From Bdellovibrionales bacterium (GTDB lineage: Bacteria > Bdellovibrionota > Bdellovibrionia > Bdellovibrionales > UBA1609): a stretch of 64,000 nucleotides of DNA. A program made the translations under genes and the position numbers. Under the pieces are notes generated by a model. The model was not told where the DNA came from. It ran no database searches and saw only the letters and a list, made by a program, of their open reading frames with translations. The stretch spans positions 1 to 64,000 of the forward strand of contig JBFWVI010000005.1 of NCBI GenBank assembly GCA_050246815.1, in the 5' to 3' direction. Shown here piece by piece: positions 34,091-43,293 of the stretch (position 1 is its first letter; every line of letters starts with the position of its first letter).

Positions 34091-34211
34091 AATGAATTAG
34101 CCTCTTTTGCGGAGATGACTCTATACGTCATGGGTGCTTAAAACACAAGCTGGCCGAGGCATTAAGGTGGGCGACAAGAACCTATGCGTTATGAAGGAAT
34201 GAGTGAATATT

Positions 34212-35678
34212 TTACAACTGCCGTTTGAGGGTCTGCCCAAGTTCCAAACCAATCTTATTCATCAGTTCTTCCTGAGGATCTACCCCGCTTAGAAATCGAG
34301 ACCCCAGCATTTCAGTGCCCGCCACAAAGTGGGCGCTCGTTGCCGACCGCACCAGTGAGTACGACGCCATACCAAACAGATGATACCATGCGCCAAAATT
34401 ATCTCCAAGCGGCGCACTGTCGTTTCGAATGTAAGCCAACAGAGGATGAATACCCGTCTGGGCACGATGAGCCAAGAAGGAGTTCGCAGCCAATACATTG
34501 TGGCAAGTCAACAGGGCCTTAAAAACATCTCCACTTGCCAAACGCAAGCACCGCGCAAAGAGTTCTGCGGGCCAGATCTTCGGCCCTTGGTAATGCTTCA
34601 ACTCGCTTTCAAGCGACTCTTCAATTCCGGTTGGCAACAATCGCCGCGCCTGCGCCATGGCGAGCGCGACCAAAAGTTTACTCAAAATCAAGCCCGGATA
34701 ATCGCGACTTAAAGTCTGCTCGGCATAATAACTCCACACAGGTTCAGGCCCAATGAATGCTTTTTGGGGTCTGTGACTTTGGATCACTTGCAAAAATTTT
34801 TGCGACAGCCCTTCCATAGGCGCAATCGGTTTTTTAGAGGACGTGTATTGCTCCCGCAACAGCACATCTGGCCGCAAAGAACGCATTTCGACGTAGGCCG
34901 ATGAACTTGTTTTTTTACTCGACAAACGGTGAAAATAATCCTTCATCTTGCGCAGCAGGTGCAGGTCGCCCATGGCGTCGACCTGAAGTCCCGGGTACGC
35001 ATGAAATGTTTTATCGATTGGCAAATCACGCAATCTGGATTGAAACAGCTCAAGTCCGTTCCATTTTTCAGCGTAGACCCGATTCACACCCAGACGTCTG
35101 AAAATCTGAGCGACCTCCGGCGTCACCAGATCACTGTCAGGAAAAGTACCCGAACGACCGCTTACAATTAAACTTAAATCTGCTTGTACGACCAGCTCTC
35201 CACCAGCAAAAATCTGCTCCTGTTGATCGACATCCGCCATCACACGGTGTTTACCCGCCAGGCGCACATGCGGCCAAGTTCCAACCTCAGCCAGTCGAAA
35301 TACCCCGTTCGAAAGCAAAACAAAATTGTAGGGCTGATTCTTTTTTAAGCCAGCCAAAAAATCCATCATCGAGCGATATGGTGCCCTCTGAACTTGGGAG
35401 TGGGCATAACTATGAGCCATGACCAGAGGTAGCTGGGCTTTTTCAAAATAAAGGCGCAGCAGAAGATTTTGGGGTGACTGACGCGAAACCAACGGCAATG
35501 GTTCAAGCTCAGGTACGACGAATTCGTACATCGTTGGCAGAGCGGGACCCGCCACGACTGTTAACAAATGCCGATCACAATCACGCTGAAAGACTTCAAA
35601 TTCCGCATGTGCGACCGCGCTCATCAGCTGAAGGGCCAAAAGGGCACCCATACATTTTTGATTCAGCCACCAAAACAT
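34212..35678 (-). CDS. Secreted hypothetical two-domain protein
   Basis: 488-aa ORF, SD GAGG, signal peptide ending AHA|EF, sigma54-type promoter upstream. Confidence 0.75.
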   Translation of the reverse strand: MFWWLNQKCMGALLALQLMSAVAHAEFEVFQRDCDRHLLTVVAGPALPTMYEFVVPELEPLPLVSRQSPQNLLLRLYFEKAQLPLVMAHSYAHSQVQRAPYRSMMDFLAGLKKNQPYNFVLLSNGVFRLAEVGTWPHVRLAGKHRVMADVDQQEQIFAGGELVVQADLSLIVSGRSGTFPDSDLVTPEVAQIFRRLGVNRVYAEKWNGLELFQSRLRDLPIDKTFHAYPGLQVDAMGDLHLLRKMKDYFHRLSSKKTSSSAYVEMRSLRPDVLLREQYTSSKKPIAPMEGLSQKFLQVIQSHRPQKAFIGPEPVWSYYAEQTLSRDYPGLILSKLLVALAMAQARRLLPTGIEESLESELKHYQGPKIWPAELFARCLRLASGDVFKALLTCHNVLAANSFLAHRAQTGIHPLLAYIRNDSAPLGDNFGAWYHLFGMASYSLVRSATSAHFVAGTEMLGSRFLSGVDPQEELMNKIGLELGQTLKRQL

Positions 35679-35714
35679 TTACGCCTCGAATTCGTTCTAA
35701 GCCTCACTCCCATT

Positions 35715-35731
35715 TGCAAAGAAAAAGCCAA
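35715..35731 (-). promoter_or_regulatory. Sigma54 (-24/-12) promoter
   Basis: TTGGCTT-TTTCT-TTGCA on the minus strand, about 35 nt before ATG 35678. Confidence 0.65.
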
Positions 35732-35856
35732 TGCAATCAGGGTTTAAACCTGTTTAAGGGCCGTTTCCGCCCCCTTCATTGCGCTTAAATTGTAGATGGT
35801 GAAGCCTGGTGACAAATTCCGCCCATGGTTTATATAAACTAAAAAAAGGGGGCGCC

Positions 35857-37068
35857 TTGCTTAAACCGATAGCATTGCTCATGATTTTTCAGCTTTGTAG
35901 CACAGCCAAAGCCTTTGAATCTTGGCCCGAATACCGCGGCCTGGCCGCAGCCGAGGCCGAGGGCCTGGATGACCCCCGTTTGATCGACGCTGAATACATC
36001 TCAGATTTTGTTTCGTACCAAAAGCCCCTCAGCTGGGAAGCCAAACTCTGGCGTAGACAACAGGGCTTTGACTTCAGCGTGGGCAGCCTGGGCGGCAAAG
36101 AATTTTTGCTGGATCAACGACTGCTTTTGACGGCGCCCTTTACCGAGCGCCTGACTTTTCGCCTGATTTGGTTCAACGACCAAGAACTCGAAGATGATTT
36201 TTCAACGCAAAAGATGGAAATCGCTTATCGCGTGGGCGCCAGTTGGGGAGTGGCCGGCTATGGCAGCCTGGCTTTTCACAAAGAAGAAAATGACGTGGGT
36301 GCGGCACTTTGGCGACGGGTGGGCTTAAGCGAAGCCCGTGTGTATTTTAGCCTGCTGGATTTTCAACGCAACGAACGTAACCGCGAAACCGATCGTTGGG
36401 GGAAACACTCCGAGCCCAAAGCCTATGGCTTGATCATGCGTCGCTCGATCGAAAGTGAACTTGGCCCCAGTTGGTGGAGTGAGTTCAGCGTGCGCCATGA
36501 GCCGCGGGCAAAGTGGAACTTCCCTGATGTCGAACGTCGCTATGAATATCAGCGCACAGCTGCTCACGTGAAAGTCCACCGCGAACTGGCCGACGGCCGA
36601 GCGCGCAGCACAAGACTCGCCTGGGACGACAAGTCCGAAAGCGAAACATTTTTCGCCCCCGCCTCTCCCAGCGAAAATCAGGTGCGCCGCCAGCGTATTT
36701 GGCTTCAAGCAGAGCAAACCATCCCCCAAGGCAAAGTCGATTTGCGCGTCGGCCTGAATCACTTTTGGCGCCGCTATGTGGGTTTGGGACGCGATGTGGT
36801 TTATCGCGACTGGTTGCCGACACTTTGGCTCGATCGCGAGAACTGGCAATTTGGTTATGATGCGGCCTTTCGTTGGACCTCTTTCAGCGGGGACTGGCTG
36901 GATGCCAAAACCGAACACGATGACATTAACCATCGCCTGAATGTGCTTTATCGCTGGCTGTTCGCAGACCAGGGGGAATTGGCATTTTTATTCACTTTCG
37001 ACTTGGATCGCTTCGGAACCGAAGAAACTTGGCAGGGCGGATCAAGCCGCTTACAGTGGTTTTTCTAG
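35857..37068 (+). CDS. Probable outer-membrane beta-barrel protein
   Basis: Signal peptide ending AKA|FE from TTG 35857; Trp/Tyr/Arg-rich alternating strands; ends SRLQWFF. Confidence 0.7.
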   Translation: MLKPIALLMIFQLCSTAKAFESWPEYRGLAAAEAEGLDDPRLIDAEYISDFVSYQKPLSWEAKLWRRQQGFDFSVGSLGGKEFLLDQRLLLTAPFTERLTFRLIWFNDQELEDDFSTQKMEIAYRVGASWGVAGYGSLAFHKEENDVGAALWRRVGLSEARVYFSLLDFQRNERNRETDRWGKHSEPKAYGLIMRRSIESELGPSWWSEFSVRHEPRAKWNFPDVERRYEYQRTAAHVKVHRELADGRARSTRLAWDDKSESETFFAPASPSENQVRRQRIWLQAEQTIPQGKVDLRVGLNHFWRRYVGLGRDVVYRDWLPTLWLDRENWQFGYDAAFRWTSFSGDWLDAKTEHDDINHRLNVLYRWLFADQGELAFLFTFDLDRFGTEETWQGGSSRLQWFF

Positions 37069-37149
37069 ATGCACCTTTTAATCCGAACTGCGGACTCTCA
37101 ACAATCTAGACCTAAAAATTAGCGCTATCGTGCCGGGGTTTTCTTTGCA

Positions 37150-37177
37150 AAAAGAAAACCCCGCTTCCGCGGGGTCT
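37150..37177 (-). terminator. Intrinsic terminator on the minus strand (antisense RNA and/or clpB 3' UTR)
   Basis: AGACCCCGC-GGAA-GCGGGGTTTTCTTTT. Confidence 0.75.
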
Positions 37178-37228
37178 GCTTACGGATGGCTTTCCGAATC
37201 CAATTGGATTGGAGGCCTCAAAATGAAC
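37150..37228 (-). ncRNA. Predicted ~80-nt cis-antisense RNA (candidate type I antitoxin)
   Basis: TTCAAA-N18-TATCTT (37264-37235) inside the peptide ORF; transcript would cover the ATG and SD and end at the 37150-37177 terminator. Confidence 0.4.
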
Positions 37229-37330
37229 AAAAAGAAGATATTGTTCATTCGGCAAACCTTTGAAATTATTAAACTGCTTTTGCAAATTATTTGGATTTTG
37301 CTCCTGATTTTGCACTGGTTGGATTTCTAA
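37223..37330 (+). CDS. 35-aa cationic/hydrophobic peptide (candidate type I toxin)
   Basis: MNKKKILFIRQTFEIIKLLLQIIWILLLILHWLDF; strong SD GGAGG at 37211-37215. Confidence 0.6.
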   Translation: MNKKKILFIRQTFEIIKLLLQIIWILLLILHWLDF

Positions 37331-37435
37331 ATGTTGGCCTCGGGGCTCCAGCGTGTTCAGCGCCTCAAGACGAGGCGTCCAACCTGGACATTGGCAAGGC
37401 CAAACAAGGCGCCCGCGCGAAGCACTGACAAATTT

Positions 37436-40036
37436 TTAGTTGGCCTTAAAGGTCAACACACCCTGCACCACATCAACCTTGACGGTTTTACCCGCCCCGA
37501 TTTTGTGGCTGATCAAATCCTTGGCCAAGGCATTCAAAACCTCGCTTTGGATCACTCGCTTCAACGGGCGCGCGCCGTAAACCGGGTCAAAACCACGTTC
37601 TGCCAAGTGATCCAGAGCCGCATCGCTGAACTGCAAGGTGATTTTCTTTTCACCCAGACGTCGAACCACATCTTGCAACTGAACCTCGACGATACCGCGG
37701 ATCTGTTTTTCCTCTAAGGTATTGAAGATCACGGTTTCATCGACTCGGTTTAAGAACTCAGGCCTAAAGTGCTCGCGCAAAGCCTTCATCACCAGCTTTT
37801 CTTTTTCAGCGCGGGATAATTTTTCATCGATCAAGGCTTGCGAGCCCACATTCGATGTCATCACGATCACGGTGTTTTTAAAGTCTACGGTGCGGCCCTG
37901 GCCATCGGTTAAACGACCATCGTCCAAAACCTGCAGCAACACATTAAACACTTCAGGATGAGCCTTTTCGACTTCATCCAGCAGCACCACCGAATACGGG
38001 CGACGGCGCACACGTTCAGTCAACTGACCGCCTTCTTCATAACCCACATACCCCGGAGGCGCGCCGATCAAGCGCGACACGGCGTGCTTTTCCATGTATT
38101 CGCTCATGTCGATACGAACCACGGCATCTTCGGTGTCGAACATAAATTCGGCCAAAGCTTTTACAGTTTCAGTTTTACCCACACCCGTGGGGCCTAAAAA
38201 GATAAAGCTGCCGATGGGCCGACGAGGATCCGCGATTTCCGCACGCGCGCGGCGAATCGCATCTGAGACCGCCTCTAGCGCTTGGTCTTGACCCACTACG
38301 CGGCGGCGCAAAAAGTCTTCCATCTTCAATAATTTGTCAGTTTCACTTTCGAGCATTTTTTGAACCGGCACTCCGGTCCATTTGGCCACCACTTCGGCGA
38401 TTTCCTCTGGCCCCACCTCTTCTTTGAGCATTCGCACTTTGTCGCTCGATTTACGTTTCGACTCAGGCCCCAAGTCGTGGTTGGCCTGCTCCAATTTTTT
38501 TTCTAGTTCGGGCAAGCGGCCGTACTTCAGCTCCGCGGCGCGGGCCAAATTGCCCTCGCGTTCTGCGCGTTCGATTTCAATGCGCACGCCTTCGATTTCT
38601 TGCTTGGTTACTTTTAAGACGTCGATCTCGCCTTTTTCGGCCTCCCACTGCTTTTTCAGGGTGGCCAATTTGGCGTTGTGATCTTTCACCTCTTGCTCCA
38701 AAGCACTCAATCGCTCTTTTGCACCGGCGTCTTTTTCTTTTTTCAAGGCTTCCCGTTCGATTTGCAGCTGCATCACTTTGCGCTGAATTTCATCGATTGC
38801 CGAGGGCACCGAGTTGATCTCGATGCTCAGGCGCGAAGCGGCCTCATCCATCAAGTCGATGGCTTTATCGGGTAAAAAACGGGCCGTGATATAGCGATGC
38901 GACAGCTTCACCGCGCTGATGATCGCCGAGTCTGTGATGCGCACGCCATGGTGCACTTCGTACTTCTCTTTTAGACCACGCAAAATGGTGATGGCATCTT
39001 CGACCGAAGGCTCATCGACCAAGACGGTTTGAAAGCGACGCTCAAGCGCTTTGTCTTTTTCAATGAATTTTCGATACTCATCCAATGTCGTGGCACCGAT
39101 ACAGCGCAGCTCGCCGCGCGCCAGGGCGGGTTTCAAAATTTGCCCGGCATCCATGGCGCCTTCGCTTTTTCCAGCGCCCACCAACGTATGAATCTCGTCG
39201 ATAAACAAAACGATCTGGCCATTGCTGTCGGTGACCTCTTTAATGACGGCTTTTAAGCGATCTTCAAATTCACCACGGTACTTGGCACCGGCGATCAGGC
39301 TGGCCATGTCCAAAGCCAACAACCGACGATCTTTCAAGACTTCCGGAACGTCGCCATTGATCACTCTTAAAGCCAAACCTTCCGCGATGGCGGTTTTGCC
39401 AACCCCCGGCTCGCCAATTAAAACCGGATTGTTTTTAGTTCGACGCGACAGCACTTGAATCACGCGACGGATCTCTTCATCGCGCCCGATTACCGGGTCC
39501 AGCTTACCCTCTTCGGCCATCTGCGTGAGGTCCTTGGCGTATTTTTTCAAGGACTCAAATTTTCCCTCGGGATTGTCGTCGGTCACTTTTTGCGAGCCAC
39601 GCATGGTCTTAACCGCCTCTTCGATTTGCTTTAAACTTAGTCTTTGCTTTTCAAACACACGTTGCAAGTCCGTCGAGGCGTTTTGCAGCAAGCCGAGCAG
39701 CAGGTGCTCGGTGGACACATAGGAGTCATCCATAGTTTTGGCCTGCTTTTCAGCGGCCTCCAGTCCCCGCATCAGGGCTTGGCTCAAACCCACCTTCACC
39801 GAAGATCCGGTCACGGTGGGAAGTTGGCCCAAGCGGCCATTTAACTCACTTTTCAAGGAGGTTGCATTGGCGCCCGCCAACTCCACCACTCGGGGGACCA
39901 AACCCTCTTTTTGTTCAAGCAACGCCCACAGCAAATGCTCGGGCTCGACACCGGGATTATGACGGCTTTCAGCTGCTTCCACTGCGGCTTTTACCGCCTC
40001 CTGGGACTTTGTTGTGAATCGTTCGAGATTGACCAT
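37436..40036 (-). CDS. clpB: Chaperone ClpB
   Basis: Two AAA+ modules ([16 protein letters not shown]), coiled-coil M domain AAELKYG; 866 aa. Confidence 0.98.
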   Translation of the reverse strand: MVNLERFTTKSQEAVKAAVEAAESRHNPGVEPEHLLWALLEQKEGLVPRVVELAGANATSLKSELNGRLGQLPTVTGSSVKVGLSQALMRGLEAAEKQAKTMDDSYVSTEHLLLGLLQNASTDLQRVFEKQRLSLKQIEEAVKTMRGSQKVTDDNPEGKFESLKKYAKDLTQMAEEGKLDPVIGRDEEIRRVIQVLSRRTKNNPVLIGEPGVGKTAIAEGLALRVINGDVPEVLKDRRLLALDMASLIAGAKYRGEFEDRLKAVIKEVTDSNGQIVLFIDEIHTLVGAGKSEGAMDAGQILKPALARGELRCIGATTLDEYRKFIEKDKALERRFQTVLVDEPSVEDAITILRGLKEKYEVHHGVRITDSAIISAVKLSHRYITARFLPDKAIDLMDEAASRLSIEINSVPSAIDEIQRKVMQLQIEREALKKEKDAGAKERLSALEQEVKDHNAKLATLKKQWEAEKGEIDVLKVTKQEIEGVRIEIERAEREGNLARAAELKYGRLPELEKKLEQANHDLGPESKRKSSDKVRMLKEEVGPEEIAEVVAKWTGVPVQKMLESETDKLLKMEDFLRRRVVGQDQALEAVSDAIRRARAEIADPRRPIGSFIFLGPTGVGKTETVKALAEFMFDTEDAVVRIDMSEYMEKHAVSRLIGAPPGYVGYEEGGQLTERVRRRPYSVVLLDEVEKAHPEVFNVLLQVLDDGRLTDGQGRTVDFKNTVIVMTSNVGSQALIDEKLSRAEKEKLVMKALREHFRPEFLNRVDETVIFNTLEEKQIRGIVEVQLQDVVRRLGEKKITLQFSDAALDHLAERGFDPVYGARPLKRVIQSEVLNALAKDLISHKIGAGKTVKVDVVQGVLTFKAN

Positions 40037-40056
40037 TTTCCTCGCCTTACTCCCTT

Positions 40057-40083
40057 AAAAGGGCTATACATACACAGTTCAAA
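40057..40083 (-). promoter_or_regulatory. Possible sigma32-type heat-shock promoter of clpB
   Basis: TTTGAA-N14-CCCCTTTT on the minus strand; imperfect -10. Confidence 0.3.
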
Positions 40084-40108
40084 TCTGGGTCTTTTTGAGG
40101 ACTTGTCA

Positions 40109-40360
40109 ATGGAAGCCAAAAGAGAAACAAAATCTGAAATTGTGAAGTCAAATCGAAGTCTTATCCTGGACCCTGTCAACCCGCGCGACTTTGCCGAACT
40201 GAATATGATCTATGCTTGCGAGCAGTGCTCCCACTTCGATCCTGAAGGCGCACAATGCACCATCGGTTATGAGGCCCACCTTCACCGCCGCGACCGCCAG
40301 TTGAAACTTTATAATCTCAGCGGTCGCATGGCCTTTTGCCGCTTTATGGAAATCGACTAA
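40109..40360 (+). CDS. Small Cys-rich hypothetical protein (83 aa)
   Basis: SD GAGGA before ATG 40109; CEQCSHF...C...FCRF. Confidence 0.7.
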   Translation: MEAKRETKSEIVKSNRSLILDPVNPRDFAELNMIYACEQCSHFDPEGAQCTIGYEAHLHRRDRQLKLYNLSGRMAFCRFMEID

Positions 40361-40363
40361 AAC

Positions 40364-41284
40364 TTGATAAGCTGGGTGATCTGGCTGTTGGGCCTGGCGG
40401 TTTTGGGTTGGCTGATTTTTTTAAGCCTTTGGCTTTTCACTGTCTTACGTCCAGACGATGGCGTTGACCTGCCCCCTTTGCAGTACTTCACCATTGGCGA
40501 AGACAAGATTGCTTTTTATAGAACCGGCCAGGGCCGCCCCCTGATCCTGCTGCATGGGTTGGGTGCCTCGGCCTACAGTTGGCGCTATATAATAAGTGAA
40601 CTGAAGCAGGAGTACGAACTGATCGCCATTGATCTGATGGGCTTTGGTCGTAGCAGTAAGCCTCTCAACGCGGATTACAGTCTGGAAACACAAAGCCAGT
40701 GGCTGCATCAAACCATTCAATCTTTTGGGTTGGGTCCCGTCACTTTGGTGGGGAGCTCAATGGGCGGACTGCTGGCCCTTTGGTTGGCCAAGGAGCATCC
40801 TGAACTCTACCCCAAGATCATCGCCCTTTCCCCCGCCACCCTGGGCAAGCGAGGCCGTGCAGCTTCGAAGGTGTGGCTGCGGGGAGAAAAATTAGTCCCC
40901 ATAATGGTGAATCGTTGGACCATGCCGTGGATCGTGCTTAGCGTGGTGGGATCGTTGCGGCCGCTGAATCGCCGCTCACTGCGCGAGTATCTAGGCCCCA
41001 ATACCTTGGTTCCATTTTTAAAATGCCACCAAGCCATCTGCGACGAACGTTTGCCTGATGCCCTGAAAGGCCTTCAGGCCGCGACTTTGGTACTTCGCGG
41101 AAAATTTGACATGCAAGTTTCAAGGCTGGTGATGCGGGATCTGCTCAAAGTTTTACCGCATGCCGTTTGGCGCGATTTGCCCAGCGCCCATCACCCGCAA
41201 GAGCATATTCCCAAACGCGTGAGCGATGAAATCCGCGCTTGGCTTAACGGCCAAACCGACGCGACTGCGGTCTTGCAAAGCTAG
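40364..41284 (+). CDS. Membrane-anchored alpha/beta hydrolase
   Basis: LHGLG oxyanion motif, DLMGFGRS, nucleophile GSSMGG, C-terminal Asp and His (SAHHPQE); N-terminal TM. Confidence 0.9.
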   Translation: MISWVIWLLGLAVLGWLIFLSLWLFTVLRPDDGVDLPPLQYFTIGEDKIAFYRTGQGRPLILLHGLGASAYSWRYIISELKQEYELIAIDLMGFGRSSKPLNADYSLETQSQWLHQTIQSFGLGPVTLVGSSMGGLLALWLAKEHPELYPKIIALSPATLGKRGRAASKVWLRGEKLVPIMVNRWTMPWIVLSVVGSLRPLNRRSLREYLGPNTLVPFLKCHQAICDERLPDALKGLQAATLVLRGKFDMQVSRLVMRDLLKVLPHAVWRDLPSAHHPQEHIPKRVSDEIRAWLNGQTDATAVLQS

Positions 41285-41403
41285 ACAATCGCCCTTAAAT
41301 GCCTTGACCAAAGCCTTTGCCCGACTCGACATCCATCCCCAAGCCTCGACGAAACAAAAGTCCAAATTCAGGGGGCGAAAGTCGTAATTGGCCTACAGTC
41401 CTG

Positions 41404-41430
41404 TCAAGAATCCGATCCCGTTCCCGAAAT
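41404..41430 (+). promoter_or_regulatory. Putative sigma28 (FliA) promoter of flagellin
   Basis: TCAAG-N14-CCCGAAAT about 250 nt upstream of the flagellin ATG. Confidence 0.6.
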
Positions 41431-41679
41431 GTTTGTTGTCACCCGCTGATTCTCATTGGCGAGAACAATTGGTGATGGCTCGAGTGAAGGTGCCCGAGTC
41501 AACGTTCGAAAGGAGGCTTCACGGACGACGACAAAAGTACAAGGAAACTTATTTACAAATAAGTTTTAGTACCGAGATTCGAAAGTTAAAAAAACCTAAG
41601 GCTGGGATGCCGCCCCAAAAAGTACGGGGGTTTTACAAGGAGGGATTTTGAGAATGTTTATAAATAACGGAGGATAACT

Positions 41680-42516
41680 ATGGGATTACGAGTTTCAACA
41701 AATATTGCGGCAATCAATGCGCAACGCAACTTAGTGGGTAGCCAAACCCAAATTCAAGACAGCTTAGCCAAACTGGCAAGCGGAAGCCGAATCAACAAAG
41801 CCGCTGACGACGCCGCTGGTCTTGCGATTTCGGAAAATTTAAAAGGCCAAATTCGTTCGGCCCGCCAAGCTAACCGTAACGCCAACGATGGTATTTCGAT
41901 GGTGCAAACGGCTGAAGGTGGTTTGAACGAGATCAGCAACATCATCATCCGCATGCGTGAGTTGGGCATCCAAGCCGCTTCGGACACGATCGGTGACACT
42001 GAGCGTGGCTTCATCGACAAAGAGATTCAACAAGCCAAATCGGAGCTTCAGCGTATTGCGTCTGTGACCACTTGGGGCACGACCAAATTGCTGGACGGTT
42101 CGACTCCGATTTTCGACTTCCAAGTCGGTTTATACAACAATGCAGAAGAAGATCGCATCAGCTTTGACTCTTCGGTCAACGTGGCGACTTTAGATGCCTT
42201 GGGGTTGGCAGGCGTGGACTACACCAGTAAAGAAGGCGCCCAAACCGCGCTGCAAGCTCTGGATGTGGCCCAAACTAACGTCAACGGCATGCGCGCCAAT
42301 CTTGGTGCTCTGCAAAACCGTCTGACCTCGACAACCAACAACTTGTTGATTGCAGAGGAAAATATGGCGGCTTCGAACAGCCGTATCCGTGACACTGACG
42401 TGGCGCAGGCCTCGGCAGAATTGACCCGCAACAACATTTTGCTGCAAGCGTCAACGGCTGCCCTGGCTCAAGCGAACACCACCAGCAGCGTCGCCCTGAG
42501 CTTGATCCGTGGCTAA
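41680..42516 (+). CDS. fliC: Flagellin (short, 278 aa)
   Basis: LASGSRINKAADDAAGLAISE, QTAEGGL, RANLGALQNRL, SRIRDTDVA. Confidence 0.97.
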   Translation: MGLRVSTNIAAINAQRNLVGSQTQIQDSLAKLASGSRINKAADDAAGLAISENLKGQIRSARQANRNANDGISMVQTAEGGLNEISNIIIRMRELGIQAASDTIGDTERGFIDKEIQQAKSELQRIASVTTWGTTKLLDGSTPIFDFQVGLYNNAEEDRISFDSSVNVATLDALGLAGVDYTSKEGAQTALQALDVAQTNVNGMRANLGALQNRLTSTTNNLLIAEENMAASNSRIRDTDVAQASAELTRNNILLQASTAALAQANTTSSVALSLIRG

Positions 42517-42547
42517 TTAAGCCATTCCCATCAGTAGATCCAATTTC

Positions 42548-42640
42548 GGGCCATCCGCAAGGATGGTCCTTTTGAAGACCACCCTAAAATGGGTGGGTCC
42601 CTTAGAGACCCACCTGAAAAAAGGTGGTCTTCTTTTTTTT
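42548..42640 (+). terminator. Tandem/nested terminator hairpins after flagellin
   Basis: GGGCCATCC-GCAA-GGATGGTCC-TTTT, then GAAGACCACC...GGTGGTCTTC followed by T8. Confidence 0.75.
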
Positions 42641-42710
42641 CTAGGCAACCCCGCTAAACATCATTACGATGGGCCCTTGTAGTTGTTTTTTTAATTTCAG
42701 GAGTATGTCC

Positions 42711-43196
42711 ATGGCGAAAAAGAAGAAAAAAGCGACCAAGAAAGCAGCGGCTAAAAAAGCCAAAAAGGTAACCAAAAAAGCGGCTAAAAAGGCGACCAAA
42801 AAAGCTGCCCCCAAAAAGGCGGCTAAGAAATCGACCAAAAAGGCCGCAAAAAGCACGGTCAAAAAGGCAACCGCGAAGAAGGCGGCGCCCAAAGCCGTAA
42901 AGGCAACCAAACCGGCAAAAGCCTCTAAGCCCAATGTCCCTTCACTTGAGGACATTGTGTCGGACAACAACCCGACCAAACCCATGGGCAACCCGTTCAA
43001 ACCCGACAATAAAAAGCCCGTCGTGCCGGCCCACGCTGCAGGCACCGATGACGACGACAAAATGGGTTTTTCGGATATGGACGAAGAGATCGGCACCACC
43101 GACGATTTCACGGACTTAGAAAGTGAATCATTTGAAGAGGCCGAAGAAGCCGATGAAGAAGATCTCGAATCGGACGACGAAGAGGGTTACTTCTAA
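42711..43196 (+). CDS. Histone H1/Hc2-like Lys/Ala-repeat protein with an acidic C-terminal tail
   Basis: SD AGGAG 7 nt before ATG; (A/T)KKAA repeats, then a D/E-rich tail ending EEGYF; terminator follows. Confidence 0.8.
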   Translation: MAKKKKKATKKAAAKKAKKVTKKAAKKATKKAAPKKAAKKSTKKAAKSTVKKATAKKAAPKAVKATKPAKASKPNVPSLEDIVSDNNPTKPMGNPFKPDNKKPVVPAHAAGTDDDDKMGFSDMDEEIGTTDDFTDLESESFEEAEEADEEDLESDDEEGYF

Positions 43197-43224
43197 ATCT
43201 AGTCCTTTTAATTTGAAGACTCTT

Positions 43225-43252
43225 AAAAAGACCCGGTTACCCGGGTCTTTTT
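43225..43252. terminator. Bidirectional intrinsic terminator
   Basis: AAAAAGACCCGG-TTAC-CCGGGTCTTTTT between convergent genes. Confidence 0.85.
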
Positions 43253-43293
43253 ATTTGTGCATCGCATCATCTGGCGGCAGGCACGGCTAGCCC

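Noticed and set aside
34091..34211. FMN riboswitch upstream of the rib genes
   Set aside because: No RFN consensus blocks (AGGGCGGGGTGAAATTCCC-like) are visible on the minus strand
37112..37315. Minus-strand 67-aa ORF and the 66-aa GTG-extended version of the peptide ORF
   Set aside because: Neither has an SD; the SD GGAGG supports only ATG 37223
41388..41651. 87-aa ORF upstream of flagellin, or a c-di-GMP riboswitch
   Set aside because: TTG start without SD and overlapping the putative promoter; no GEMM core recognised; better explained as a 5' UTR
42641..43111. Hydrophobic 156-aa minus-strand ORF and a repeat-like DNA tract
   Set aside because: Mirror of Lys/Ala codons of the H1-like gene; the repeats are degenerate coding repeats, not CRISPR or a VNTR
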